This document shows positions 19,825 to 30,456 of a stretch of 59,089 nucleotides of DNA, in pieces. The stretch is from Candidatus Methylomirabilota bacterium (GTDB lineage Bacteria > Methylomirabilota > Methylomirabilia > Rokubacteriales > CSP1-6). The stretch lies in assembly GCA_046726415.1 (NCBI GenBank), contig JBKPAK010000097.1, positions 1 through 59,089 of the forward strand, written 5' to 3'. The position numbers and the translations under genes are program-made. Positions within the stretch are counted from its first letter, which is position 1, and every line of letters begins with the position of its first letter. The notes below the pieces were generated by a model. The model was not told the origin of the DNA, did not search any database, and saw nothing but the letters and a program-made list of their open reading frames with translations.

Positions 19825-20526
19825 ATGACGCGAAGGTCCGCGGGCCCGTTACTCGCGCGCCTCCGCGCGGCCCTGCGCGCGGCGGCCGATCCGGCGAAGG
19901 CGCGCGCCATGCAGGCTTACATGAAGTCGGCGATGCCCTACCACGGAGTGTCCACGCCAGCCCTCCGCCGAGTCTGCCGCGAGGTCTTCGCCGCCGTCGA
20001 TCTCCCGTCGGCCCCCACGTGGCGCCGCGAGGTCCTTGCCCTCTGGCGGGGGGCACGCTATCGCGAGGAGCGCTATGCGGCCATCGCGCTCGCCGGGGAT
20101 CGCCGGGCGCGGGACTTTCAAACCTTGGCCGCGCTCCCTATGTACGAGGAGATGATCGTGACCGGGGCGTGGTGGGACTTCGTCGACGAGATCGCCCAGC
20201 GCCGCATCGGCGTCCTGCTTCAGCGTTTCCCGCGCCCGATGCGACGCGCGATGCTGGCGTGGAGCCGCGACGGCGATCTCTGGAAGCGCCGCACCGCCAT
20301 CCTCTGCCAGAACAGCTTCAAGGCCGATACCGATCTCGGACTGCTCTACGCCTGCATCGAGCCCTCTCTGGCCTCGCGCGAATTCTTCCTGCGGAAAGCG
20401 ATCGGCTGGGCGCTTCGCCAGTACGCGTGGACGGATGCGCGCGAGGTCGCCCGCTACGCGCAGGTCAACGCCGACCGGCTGAGCCCGCTGAGCCTCCGCG
20501 AGGCGCTGAAGAACGTGCCCTCTTAG
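19825..20526 (+). CDS. DNA alkylation repair (AlkD-like) protein
   Basis: MQAYMK, WWDFVD, EFFLRKAIGWALR. Confidence 0.88.
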   Translation: MTRRSAGPLLARLRAALRAAADPAKARAMQAYMKSAMPYHGVSTPALRRVCREVFAAVDLPSAPTWRREVLALWRGARYREERYAAIALAGDRRARDFQTLAALPMYEEMIVTGAWWDFVDEIAQRRIGVLLQRFPRPMRRAMLAWSRDGDLWKRRTAILCQNSFKADTDLGLLYACIEPSLASREFFLRKAIGWALRQYAWTDAREVARYAQVNADRLSPLSLREALKNVPS

Positions 20527-20551
20527 CCTCCGGAAGAACGGGAGACGAGCC

Positions 20552-21994
20552 ATGGCCGCCACGCGACGCATTGCCATCCGCGCCCCGTACGTTCTGGCCT
20601 TCGACGGCCGCGGCCACCGCCTGCTCCGGGACGGCGTGGTCGTGATCGAGGGCCACTCCATCCTCCACGTGGGCCCGCGCTTCGACGGGCCCGTCGACGA
20701 GACGGTCACCGCCGCCGACCGCATCGTCACCCCCGGCTTCATCTCCACTCACGCCCATATCGGCGGCTCTCCACTCGACCGTTCCTTCATCGAAGATCGG
20801 GGCAATCCACAGTTCTGGTACTCGGGTCTCTTCGAGATGCTGCCGGTGCGCAGCGCCGCCCAGGACGACGAGGCCGGGCGGGCCTGCGTCGACTTTTCGA
20901 TGGCCGAGATGCTTCGCGGCGGAATCACCACGGTCATGGAGATCGGCAGCCTCGGCGCGTACGTGGTCGAGCGCGCCGCGCACTACGGCCTGCGCGTCTA
21001 CATGGGCCAGACCTTCCGGTCCGGCCGCTGGCTCACCCGCGACGGCAAGCGCGTCGAGTGGGAGTGGGACGAGGAGGCGGGGCTCCAGGGCCTGCGGCGA
21101 GCGATCGCGTTTCACAAGGCGCATGACGGCGCGCACGGAGACCTCGTCCGCTGCTTCGTGGCGCCCTCCCAGATCGACACGTGTACGCCCGAACTCTTGA
21201 AGAGCGCCAAGCGCTTCGCCGACGAGGTCAAGCGCCCGTACCAGGTTCATACCGCGCAGTCCGTGGTCGAGTTCAACGAGATGCTGGCGCGCCATGGCAA
21301 GACGCCCATCGCCTGGATGCGCGAGCTGGGCGTCCTTGACCCCAACACGATCCTCGGCCACGCCATCATCATCGGGGGCTCGTCCTGGACCAACTATCCC
21401 GCCGGGGACATGAGGATCATGGCCGACAGCGGATGCTCGGTCGCCCACGCGGTGTGGGTGTTCGCCAGGCGCGGCGTGGCCATGGAGTCCTTCGCGCGGT
21501 ACCAGGCGGCCGGAATCAACATGGCGCTCGGGACCGACACCAATCCACAGAGCGTCATCGAGGCCATGCGGTGGGCCGCCGTCGTCTCCAAGATGATGGA
21601 GCGGCACACCCAGGCCACCACCGCCGCCGACGCCTTCGACGCGGCCACCCTCGGGGGCGCGCGGGCTCTCGGGCGCGACGACCTCGGGCGCATCGCCTCC
21701 GGCGCCAAGGCCGACCTCGTCATCTGGAAGGCGGCCTCCTGGCGGATGACACCGCTGCGCGACCCGATCAAGAACATCGTCTACAACGCGAGCGACGAGG
21801 ACGTGGACCGCGTCTACGTGAATGGCCGGCTCGTGGTGGACGGTGGGCGCGTGCTGGCGGCCGACGAGGGCGCCATCCTTCAGGCGCTCCAGGCCGGCGG
21901 CGAACGGATGTGGCCACAGATGGCCAAGTACGACTGGGCGGGGCGAGACGCCGACCAGCTCTCGCCCCAGACCTACCCCGTCTGGGAGGGCTGA
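20552..21994 (+). CDS. Amidohydrolase (deaminase/chlorohydrolase-like)
   Basis: PGFISTHAH, QVHTAQ, LGTD, ATLGGARALG, GAKADL. Confidence 0.88.
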   Translation: MAATRRIAIRAPYVLAFDGRGHRLLRDGVVVIEGHSILHVGPRFDGPVDETVTAADRIVTPGFISTHAHIGGSPLDRSFIEDRGNPQFWYSGLFEMLPVRSAAQDDEAGRACVDFSMAEMLRGGITTVMEIGSLGAYVVERAAHYGLRVYMGQTFRSGRWLTRDGKRVEWEWDEEAGLQGLRRAIAFHKAHDGAHGDLVRCFVAPSQIDTCTPELLKSAKRFADEVKRPYQVHTAQSVVEFNEMLARHGKTPIAWMRELGVLDPNTILGHAIIIGGSSWTNYPAGDMRIMADSGCSVAHAVWVFARRGVAMESFARYQAAGINMALGTDTNPQSVIEAMRWAAVVSKMMERHTQATTAADAFDAATLGGARALGRDDLGRIASGAKADLVIWKAASWRMTPLRDPIKNIVYNASDEDVDRVYVNGRLVVDGGRVLAADEGAILQALQAGGERMWPQMAKYDWAGRDADQLSPQTYPVWEG

Positions 21995-21997
21995 GCG

Positions 21998-22435
21998 GGC
22001 CTCGTCAACGTCATGATCGCCGTCGGCATCCGCTCCATCCCGAGCTTTGCGCGCGTGACGCGCTCCATGGTGCTGTCGCTCGTGGAACTGGACTTCGTCC
22101 AGGACGCCCACGCCATCGGCGCCGGGCATCCGCGGGTTCTCGTGCGGTACATCCTGACGAACAGTGTCTCTCCCCTGCTCGTCTTCTCGTCGCTGCAGGT
22201 GGCAACCGCCATCTTGCTGGCCGCCATCCTGAGCTTTCTGGGGCTCGGCGTGCAGCCGCCCACGCCCGAGTGGGGCAAGATGGCGAGCGACGGGCGTGCG
22301 CATCTTCTGGACGCGCCTCACGTCTCCCTCTTCCCCGGCCTCGCCATCTTCTTCACCGTGATGGGCTTCAACTGCCTGGGTGACGGGCTGCGCCACGCCC
22401 TCGACCCACGCGGACGCGCCAAGGCTTCCGACTGA
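21998..22435 (+). pseudogene. C-terminal fragment of Opp/Dpp ABC permease C
   Basis: LSFLGLGVQPPTPEWG, GDGLRHALDP; N-terminal half missing. Confidence 0.8.
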
Positions 22436-22464
22436 GCCCCCTGGACGCGGGAGCTCCGCGCCCA

Positions 22465-24411
22465 TCACAGGCGGCGCGCGAGCACGGCGGCTTCCAGGAT
22501 GACCTTGTCGGTGGGCCGCGCCGCGGAGGCATCCCCCACGAGGTGAACCTCGAGCGTGTCTCGCAGTTCCTGATACAGGTCGCGCTGGGGCTCGCGGCGG
22601 AGAAGTGACACCACCAGAGCGTCCACCGGGTCGCGCTCGACCTCGGCCCCGGTGAAGACGTTGCGCAGACGGATCGTCCTACCGGCGCCGCCACGCAGCT
22701 CGTGATTCGGCATAAAGGCCACGCCAGCTTGGAAGAGGTGCCGGTAGAACGGCACCAGGTTCGAAGGGTCGAGCCGCATCCCCACGTGGAGCTCCGGCGT
22801 GACGATCTCGACCATCGCCCCCTGCTGAGCGAGCAAGAGCGCAGCTCCAGGCCCGCGGTAGCGGCCGTCGTCGTCGAAGACCAGGACGCGCCCGACCAAC
22901 CGGTGCCCGGCGAGCACATCGTCAGCAGTGACGACCGGCGGCCCGTCGAGCGGCCCCTCCGGCAGAGCGGCACGCGAGCCCGTGGCCACGACCACCGCGT
23001 CGGGATTCTCGCCTCGCACGTTCTCCGCCGTGGCCCTGGTTCGGAGTCGCAGTTCGATGCCGAGGCGCTCGAGCTGGCGGCGGTAGTAGTCGGCGATGCC
23101 GCGCAGCTCGTGCCGATGCGGGATGGCCGCCTCCAGCCGAATGTGCCCGCCGAGATCGCCGGCCGCTTCGAAGAGGACGACGTGATGCCCGCGCTCGCCC
23201 GCCACCCGCGCGACCTCCAAGCCGGAGGGGCCACCGCCCACCACGACGATGCGACGCGCAGGACTCGCCGGCACCAGCGGTTCCATCTCCCGCTCGCGCC
23301 CGGCGCTCGGATTGTAGATGCACGCCACCGGCTGGTAGTGCCCGTAGCGCCGACCGATGCAGACGTTGGCGCCGACGCAGTGGCGGATCTCGCCCAGGCG
23401 TCCCTCACGCGCCTTGTTGGGCAATTCGGGATCGGCGAGGATCGCCCTGGTCATCGCCACCAGGTCGCAGGCGCCGTCGGCGAGCAGGCGTTCCGCCATC
23501 TCCGGCCGGACGACGCGCCCTGCGTACAGGATGGGAATGCCGCTGGCGATCTCACGCATCGCCTTGGCGTACCCGGCGTAGCAGCCTTGCGGCCACCAGT
23601 GGCCGGGGACGACCGCGGCCTGTGCCCACGGCGTCATGCCGGCGCCACCCGACACGCTCAGGTAGTCGAGGAGCCCGGTGCGGGCCAGGTGGCCGGCGAT
23701 CTCCTGGAGATCCCTAGGCCCGAGGCCGCCCTCGACGAACTCGTCGCCGGAGATCCGCAGGCCGACGATGAAGTCAGGGCCGACGGCGCGTCGGATCCCG
23801 CTCAGCACCTCGAGGCTGAAGCGCATCCGGTTCTCGAGGCTCCCTCCGTAGCGGTCGCGGCGACGGTTGGAGAGCGGCGACCAGAACTGGTCTGGCAGAT
23901 GGTTGGCGAAGGCGACGATGTCCACGCCATCCGCGCCCGCCTCCTGGACCCGCCGGGCCGTCTCCGCGTAGCTCGCCACGATCTCGGCGATCTCCTCCTC
24001 GCTGAGGTCGCGCGGGTTCTCTCCGCTCACCGGCTCGGGAATCGCCGAGGGCGCCAGCAGCGGTTCCGGCCGGTCACCGGAGTTGCCCCGGCGGCCCCAG
24101 TGCGTGAGCTGCGGGATGTACGCGGCACCGGCCGCGTGGACGGTCTGGACGAGCCGGGTCAGCCCCGGCAACGCGTCCGGGCGATACAGCTCGACACCGC
24201 CGGCTCGCGTCGGCGATGTGGGATGCACGGCGCAGCCGGCCGGCCCCATGACCAGCCCGGCGCCGCCCACGGCCTTGGCCTCGAAGTACGCGATGAGGCG
24301 CTCGGTGACGCGGCCATCCTCGGCCATGCCGTCGCTGTGCGGCGTGCTGGCGATGCGGTTCTTGAGGGTGACTGTCTTGAGGGAAAACGGCGAGAACAGC
24401 ACGGGGAACAT
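22465..24411 (-). CDS. OYE-like NADH:flavin oxidoreductase with Fe-S and FAD domains
   Basis: LKNRI, QLTHWGR, NRRRDRYGGSLENR, CVGANVC...C, GGGPSG; GGAGG RBS. Confidence 0.9.
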   Translation of the reverse strand: MFPVLFSPFSLKTVTLKNRIASTPHSDGMAEDGRVTERLIAYFEAKAVGGAGLVMGPAGCAVHPTSPTRAGGVELYRPDALPGLTRLVQTVHAAGAAYIPQLTHWGRRGNSGDRPEPLLAPSAIPEPVSGENPRDLSEEEIAEIVASYAETARRVQEAGADGVDIVAFANHLPDQFWSPLSNRRRDRYGGSLENRMRFSLEVLSGIRRAVGPDFIVGLRISGDEFVEGGLGPRDLQEIAGHLARTGLLDYLSVSGGAGMTPWAQAAVVPGHWWPQGCYAGYAKAMREIASGIPILYAGRVVRPEMAERLLADGACDLVAMTRAILADPELPNKAREGRLGEIRHCVGANVCIGRRYGHYQPVACIYNPSAGREREMEPLVPASPARRIVVVGGGPSGLEVARVAGERGHHVVLFEAAGDLGGHIRLEAAIPHRHELRGIADYYRRQLERLGIELRLRTRATAENVRGENPDAVVVATGSRAALPEGPLDGPPVVTADDVLAGHRLVGRVLVFDDDGRYRGPGAALLLAQQGAMVEIVTPELHVGMRLDPSNLVPFYRHLFQAGVAFMPNHELRGGAGRTIRLRNVFTGAEVERDPVDALVVSLLRREPQRDLYQELRDTLEVHLVGDASAARPTDKVILEAAVLARRL

Positions 24412-25274
24412 CACGCCTCCTTGGCCGGCGCGCGGCGGCCGGCACGCCGCGCCTCTTGTACCACGTGCTCGCACGGCCCCTCAATCTCCCGTGATGCCTC
24501 AGAGACAGGGACCCAGTGACTGGCGTGATGCCTGCGACGTCGAGTGGTGAGAGATTCCGCCGTCAAGATTAGCCTCGCGGGACATCCGATTGCGCAGCAG
24601 ATCCGCTTCCTCGACATGCTTGATCTCGCCCGTACCGCCGACTTCTACGAGCGGATCGTCGGGCGGGGCCATCGCCGGGTCATCCAGGCACCTCACGGGA
24701 CTGATCAGTGGACATGCGCTTCTGGCCGGATCAGGCGTGAGGCGGAGATGAGGCGTCGAGACGATGGAGGCCGCGCGAGGTAACTCCAGAAGATGGGTGC
24801 GGCGATTGCGCCTCGTGGGATGGCCGTTACTATCCGCCCGAGGGGCAACGGATGACCGCGCGAGATGCCCGCAACCTGGCTGAATCTGCCGAACCATGAC
24901 GCTTTCGCGCTCACGAGCAACCCACGTTGCCGAGTCCAGGACGACTATGCCCAGCGGATGCCGCTTCTCGATGCGCACCCCGGCCCCCTCTCGCCCTTGG
25001 AGGCCTTCAGCGGCCCGGGCAAGGCGATGCTGCGCGACTTCATCGTCCACTGTCGCGAGTGCCCGGAATTCTGGCTGTGGTGAGCACCCGAATGCGGACT
25101 TCGGACGCGCGTGATCTGCCACAGCGCCCACTGGTGGTGATCAGCAAGATCGGCATCATGACGGTATAACGGGTAAGATGCCCCCCGCCCGGGGGTGGCG
25201 AGTACCCCGCCTGCAGCCGGCAGCCGCCCGGAGCATCCCAAATCGAGAGCGCTCAGACTTAACACCGGTTCGAT

Positions 25275-25344
25275 TCCCCAACGGGATTCGCTACCCTTTG
25301 CAGCCTTGCAGGTTCACGGAGTCGTCTACCGCCGGGCCGCGTGA
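25275..25344 (+). other. Possible att scar: tRNA-Glu-like 3' fragment (antisense) plus recombinase-like tail
   Basis: Reverse complement CGAAT-CCCGT-TGGGGA fits tRNA positions 56-71; + strand reads SPTGF...VVYRRAA* with one indel. Confidence 0.45.
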
Positions 25345-25447
25345 GAGGCGCCCCGGCGCCCACTTCCGGCGGCTCGGCGCAGCCGGTCTTCGAATACCAG
25401 GCTACCTGGTTGACGCGACTGGCGTCCCGCCCCTTGGCATCGGGCTT

Positions 25448-25609
25448 CGTGTGCCAGGCCGTTCGAGCTCCGGGCTCGAACGTTACGCTGGCGCCACTCA
25501 CGCGTGAGGGCGCAGTCGCGTCGAATAGCGGATCGACCCGTACGGAGCCTGTGAAGTACTCGGCCGGCCCCGGCCGGGGAAGGCTGCGATCCGTCCGGGC
25601 CTCCTTCAT
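25448..25609 (-). pseudogene. Truncated cupin (paralogue of 30919-31401)
   Basis: [16 protein letters not shown]...[13 protein letters not shown] then breaks off. Confidence 0.8.
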
Positions 25610-26398
25610 TTCGGACGCTTGTCGAAAACTTCCTTCGCGGCCGGCAGCGCCGAGAACGCGTTGGGCCAGCCGGCGTAGAAGGCCAGGTGCGTGATGACCT
25701 CTGCGGCCTGAGCCTGTGTGAGACCCGCGTCCATCGCCCTGTTGAGGTGGTACGAGATCTGGCCGACGTGGCCGGACGCGATCAGGGCGCTCACGGTCAC
25801 CAGGCTACGGTCCCGAGGCGCGAGGTCCGGACGGAGCCACAGGTCGCGGAACAGGACGTCGGTGGTGTACTGCACGATTCCGGGCACAACCGTGCCGAAC
25901 TGCTGGGAGACACGTGAGGCGCGCTCCGCCTCCGCCGCCTCATTGAGCGGAAGAAGCGGGGGCGACGCCTGCGGGAGCTGATCGGTCCCGATCTGACGCT
26001 TGGCAAAGACCTCCTTCCTTCGCGACGGCAACTGCAGACATGGCATTCCCCCAGCCCGAATAGAACGCGAGGTGCGTGATGATCTCGGAGACCTCGCGGG
26101 GCTTGACGCCGTGATCGAGCGCCAGGTCGAGGTAGTACGGCAGCTCGGTCGTCTGATTGCGCGCGATGAGCGCGGCGATCGTGACGACGCTGCGGTCCCG
26201 TGGCGAGAGGCCAGGGCGTTTCCATACGTCACCGAGCAGGCGGTCCTGCGTGTACTTCTCGAGGGCCGGAGCGACCCTCCGAACGTCTTCACGCGCCGGC
26301 ATGGGCGGCGATCCACGCTCGGCCGCTGGCTGCGTGGCCTGAGCCCATGCCGAGGTGATCAGGACGACTGACACGACGGTCGCAACGAGAACTTTCAT
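25606..26398 (-). pseudogene. Carboxymuconolactone decarboxylase family (two domains), frameshifted
   Basis: Two LSPRDRS/LAPRDRS...HLAFYxGW repeats; 4-bp duplication at 26013-26020. Confidence 0.85.
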
Positions 26399-26434
26399 TT
26401 CGCCTCCTTCGACGGCGCGCGGCCCCGCACGCCG

Positions 26435-28660
26435 TCACAGCAGCTTGTCCGGCGTGATCGGCAGCTCCCTGATGCGCTTGCCCGTGGCGTGGAACACGGC
26501 ATTGGCGATCGCCGCCGGTATGCCGACCATCCCGAGCTCCCCCATGCCCTTCACCCCGAGGGGGTTGACCACGGTCTCGTCCTCCTCGACGAACATCGTC
26601 TCGACCTCGTGGACGTCGGCGTTGACGGGCACGTGGTAGTGCTGGAGGTTCGGGTTCATGATGCGCCCGTAGCGGTGATCGATCTCGGTCGCCTCCTGGA
26701 GCGCCATGCCGATGCCCCAGACGACGCCGCCGATCTCCTGGCTGTGCGAGGCCTTCGGGTTGATGACCTTGCCGGTGGCGGTGACCTCGATCGCGCGCGT
26801 GACGCGAACGGTACCCAGGTCGGGGTCCACCTTCACCTCGATGAACTGCGCGCCGTGCGCGAGCGTCGCGTACTTCTTGCGCTCCTCCGAGGGGCGCGAC
26901 TCGAACGTCTCGGTGATCTCGGCGAGGCCCGCGCGCCTCAGGACATCGACCACGCTGACGGAACGCGACGGGTCGTTCTTGAGTCGTAGTCGACCGTCGA
27001 GCATCTCGACGTCGGAGGTGTCCACGCCTTTCAGCGGCGAGCCGGCATCGCTGTTCGCGAGCGCCAGGAGCTTCGCGGCGACGGCCAGCGCTCCGCCGTG
27101 CACGGCGGAGCCGACGCTCGCCGTCGTCCAGGAGCCGCCCTGTGCCGGGGCGCGTGGGAGGTTCGTGTCGCCGAGCTCGAACTTCACCTGCTCCGGCCTG
27201 AGGCCAAGGTACTCGGCGGCGATCATGGTGGCCATCGTGTAAGTCCCCGGGCCCATGTCGCTGGTCGCGCTGGCCACGCGTGCCGTCCCGTCCGCCTTGA
27301 GCGTGATTCGGGCGGCGGCAGGCATCTGCAAAGCGCCCCAGATGCCGGTAGCCATGCCCCAGCCCACCAGCCACCGCCCGTCGCGCATCGAGCGCGGCTC
27401 GAACTTCCGGTCTTTCCACCCGAACTTCTCCGCGCCGACGCGGTAGCACTCCCGGAGCGCCTTGCTCGAAAACGGCAGGCCGCTCTCCGGATCCGTCTCG
27501 GCGTAATTGATGAGCCGTAGCTCGAGCGGGTCGATGCGAAGCGCGTAGGCGAGCTCGTCCATCGCACACTCGAGCGCGAACATGCCGCTCACGGCGCCCG
27601 GGGCGCGCATCCACGTAGGGGTATTGAGGTCCGTGTCGGTGATCTTGAGCGGCGCGGAGAGGTTTGGGCAGGCGTAGACCTGGCGCGTGAGCCTGGTCGT
27701 ATCGTCCGAGAACTCCTCGAACGTCGACGTGTTGTGCATCACCTCGTGGATCATCGCGGCGAGCTTGCCCGACCGGTCGGCGCCGAGCGCGACTCGCTGG
27801 ATCGTGTACGGCCGATGGCCGTGGCCGGTGAACATCTGCGTGCGCGTGTAGACGAGCTTCACCGGACGTTTGAGCTCGCGTGCCGCCATGGCGGTCAGCG
27901 CCGGGTAGTAGTTCGGTCTCAGCGACGACCCGAACGCCCCGCCGACGTAGGGCGACACGACGCGCACGTTGTCCTCGGGGACGCCGAAGCTCGAGGCCAG
28001 GTGCTTTCGCACGCCGTAGACTTCCTGCGTCTTGTCGAAGATCGTGAGCCGGTCGCCCTGCCAGACCGCGACCGCCGCGTGCGGCTCCATCGGATTGTGG
28101 TGCTCGATGGGGATGCGGTACTCGGCCTCGACCTTGACGGGCGCGCTCCGGAGTGTCTCGTCGGGATTGCCGCGCGGCTTCGGTGCCGGTCCCTTCGACG
28201 GCACGCGCGCCCGCTCGCGCACGGCCTCAGTGTCCGTCACGTGCCTCTCCACGTCGTAGGAGACCTTGACGAGGCGCGCCGCATACCGCGCCTGTTCGTA
28301 CGTCTCCGCGACGACGAGCGCCACCGGTTGCCCGTTGAAGAAGATCCTGTCCGACTGAAGCGCGCGGAACGACGTGCCCTCCTGTTCGTCGGCTCGCGGC
28401 GGCGCCGCCTCCGTGGACGCCTTCGGCCCGAGCTTCGGCGTATTCAGGTGCGTGAAGACGCGGATCGCGCCCGGCGCCGCTTCGGCGTCGCGCGTATCGA
28501 TCGATCGGATCCTGCCCTTCGCGACACTTCCCAGCGCGACGAAGCCGTATGCGAGATTCGGCACCCGGAACTCGGCGGCGTACTTCGCCTTGCCCGTCAC
28601 CTTCGCCACGCCGTCGACGCGGCTCATCGCTTTCCCGATGTACCTCGGCATCGCATTCAC
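26435..28660 (-). CDS. paoC: Xanthine dehydrogenase-family molybdopterin subunit (PaoC/YagR-like)
   Basis: KVTGKAKY, HNPMEPH, VGGAFG, MRAPG, DMGPGT, KGMGELG. Confidence 0.88.
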   Translation of the reverse strand: MNAMPRYIGKAMSRVDGVAKVTGKAKYAAEFRVPNLAYGFVALGSVAKGRIRSIDTRDAEAAPGAIRVFTHLNTPKLGPKASTEAAPPRADEQEGTSFRALQSDRIFFNGQPVALVVAETYEQARYAARLVKVSYDVERHVTDTEAVRERARVPSKGPAPKPRGNPDETLRSAPVKVEAEYRIPIEHHNPMEPHAAVAVWQGDRLTIFDKTQEVYGVRKHLASSFGVPEDNVRVVSPYVGGAFGSSLRPNYYPALTAMAARELKRPVKLVYTRTQMFTGHGHRPYTIQRVALGADRSGKLAAMIHEVMHNTSTFEEFSDDTTRLTRQVYACPNLSAPLKITDTDLNTPTWMRAPGAVSGMFALECAMDELAYALRIDPLELRLINYAETDPESGLPFSSKALRECYRVGAEKFGWKDRKFEPRSMRDGRWLVGWGMATGIWGALQMPAAARITLKADGTARVASATSDMGPGTYTMATMIAAEYLGLRPEQVKFELGDTNLPRAPAQGGSWTTASVGSAVHGGALAVAAKLLALANSDAGSPLKGVDTSDVEMLDGRLRLKNDPSRSVSVVDVLRRAGLAEITETFESRPSEERKKYATLAHGAQFIEVKVDPDLGTVRVTRAIEVTATGKVINPKASHSQEIGGVVWGIGMALQEATEIDHRYGRIMNPNLQHYHVPVNADVHEVETMFVEEDETVVNPLGVKGMGELGMVGIPAAIANAVFHATGKRIRELPITPDKLL

Positions 28661-28697
28661 TCCCGCCGTCCGATTCGTCGGAGCAGCGTCAGGTCTG

Positions 28698-29684
28698 TCA
28701 CAGCAATCGGCTCGCTCGCATCAGCGCGCGAGCGACGGCCCGCTTTCCCAGCTCGACCTTGAAGGCGTTGTGCGCCAGCGGTTGCGCGTCTTTGAGCGCT
28801 GCCTCGGCGGCCTGCCGGAAGCTGTCCTCGGACGCCGGTTTACCGGCGAGCGCGGCCTCGGCCTCCCGGCTCCGCCACGGCTTGTGGGCCACGCCGCCGA
28901 GCACGACGCGGGCCTGCCTGATGGTGTCCCGATCGAGCTCGAGCGCGGCCGCGATGGCGACGAGCGCGAAGGCATACGAGGCGCGGTCACGAACCTTCAG
29001 GTAGTAGGAGTGCCGCGCGAAATTCGACTTCGGCAGCTCGATCGCCGTCACGAGCTCGCCATGCTGAAGGTTCGTGTCCCGCTCCGGCGTGTCGCCCGGC
29101 AACCGATGGAAGTCGTCGATGCGGATGGTGCGCTCGCGTCCGGCCGCGTCCCTGACCCGCACGACCGCGTCGAGCGCGTAGAGCGCGTTCGCCATGTCGC
29201 CCGGGTAGGTGGCGACACACTTCTCGCTCCAGCCGAGGATCGCGTGCATCCGGTTGAGCCCTTCGCGCGCGCCGCAGCCGGTCCCTGGCTCGCGTTTGTT
29301 GCACGGCATCGCCGTGTCGTAGAAATACGGGCAGCGCGTCCGCTGCAGCAGGTTCCCGCCGTTCGTCGCCATGTTGCGGAGCTGCCCCGAAGCGCCCGCG
29401 ACGATGGCCTGTGCGAGAAGCGGATAGTCGCGACGTATCAACGGGTGGTTGGCAGTGTCCGTGTTCGTCGCCAGGGCACCGATGGAGACGCCGCCGCGGG
29501 TCGCCTTGATCTGGGTGAGCTTCAGCCGGGTCAGGTCGACCAGCTCGCTGGGGCGCTCGACGTCCTCTTTCATCAGATCGAGGATGTTCGTGCCGCCCGC
29601 GAGGAACTTCGCGTGCGGGTTCGCCGCGACCGCCCGCGCGGCTGCCGTCGGGTCGCTCGCGCGCACGTACCTGAACGGCCTCAT
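28698..29684 (-). CDS. paoB: FAD subunit with Fe-S insert (PaoB/YagS-like)
   Basis: LAGGTN, QLRNMATNGGNLLQRTRCPYF...CNKREPGTGC, KVRDRASYAF. Confidence 0.9.
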   Translation of the reverse strand: MRPFRYVRASDPTAAARAVAANPHAKFLAGGTNILDLMKEDVERPSELVDLTRLKLTQIKATRGGVSIGALATNTDTANHPLIRRDYPLLAQAIVAGASGQLRNMATNGGNLLQRTRCPYFYDTAMPCNKREPGTGCGAREGLNRMHAILGWSEKCVATYPGDMANALYALDAVVRVRDAAGRERTIRIDDFHRLPGDTPERDTNLQHGELVTAIELPKSNFARHSYYLKVRDRASYAFALVAIAAALELDRDTIRQARVVLGGVAHKPWRSREAEAALAGKPASEDSFRQAAEAALKDAQPLAHNAFKVELGKRAVARALMRASRLL

Positions 29685-30454
29685 CGGCTCACTCCTTGCC
29701 TGCTGCCGGAATGAATGTCCTGGATCCCCGCGACGATCTGCGGATAGGCGCCGCAGCGGCAGATGTTCCCGCTCATGCGCTCGCGGATCTCGTCGTCCGT
29801 GAGCGGAGTGGTCATCGCCGTCATGTCTTGCGTAACGTGACTGACCTCGCCGCGCCTCGCCTCTTCGAGCAGGCCGACGGCCGAGCAAATCTGCCCCGGC
29901 GTGCAGTACCCGCACTGGAAAGCGTCGTGCTTGATGAAGGCGGCCTGCATCGGGTGGAGTCGATCGCCTCGTGCCAGCCCCTCGATCGTCGTGACTTCAC
30001 GGCCCTCCAGGCTGGCGGTCAGGGTCAGGCACGAGAGGACTCGCCGGCCGTCCACGAGGACCGTGCACGCCCCGCACTGGCCCTGGTCGCAGCCCTTCTT
30101 CGTGCCGGTCAGCTCGAGTCTCTCGCGCAGGGCGTCGAGCAGCACCACGCGCGAATCGACCTCGAGCGTCCCCCTGACGCCGTTGATCTTCAGGACGACC
30201 TTGACGGGGTCGTTCACCGCCGCGGGTGCGGCGAACACCGCATCCGGGGAAGCGCGCATCGCCGCGAACGCCTTCTCTTGCTCGAGCAGTGTCAGCGTGA
30301 ACAACCCGAGGCCGCCGGTGATCGTCTGCTCCAGGAACGCGCGTCGCGTCTGTCAGACGTCCGTCAACGCCGGCATCTCGTTCACGAGCGCCTGCTCGTC
30401 AGCGGTCAACTCGGGCCTGCAGGTCTCGTTGACGTCGTCGTTCATGTCGCGCAT
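29681..30454 (-). pseudogene. paoA: 2Fe-2S subunit (PaoA/YagT-like) with Tat motif; in-frame TGA at 30353-30355
   Basis: TRRAFL Tat motif, GTKKGCDQGQCGAC, QCGYCTPG, CRC; ORFs on either side of the stop share one frame. Confidence 0.82.
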
Positions 30455-30456
30455 CC

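Noticed and set aside
24500-25170. Short ORFs including a VOC-like DLARTADFYERIVG stretch and 24865-25083
   Set aside because: Too short and incoherent to assign; probably debris.
25200-25290. + strand tRNA suggested by GGTTCGATTCCC at 25267
   Set aside because: No matching acceptor, D or anticodon arms could be folded upstream.
30353-30355. Selenocysteine recoding of the paoA TGA
   Set aside because: It lies in a signal-peptide region, not at a catalytic Cys position; other TGA codons in the window act as normal stops.
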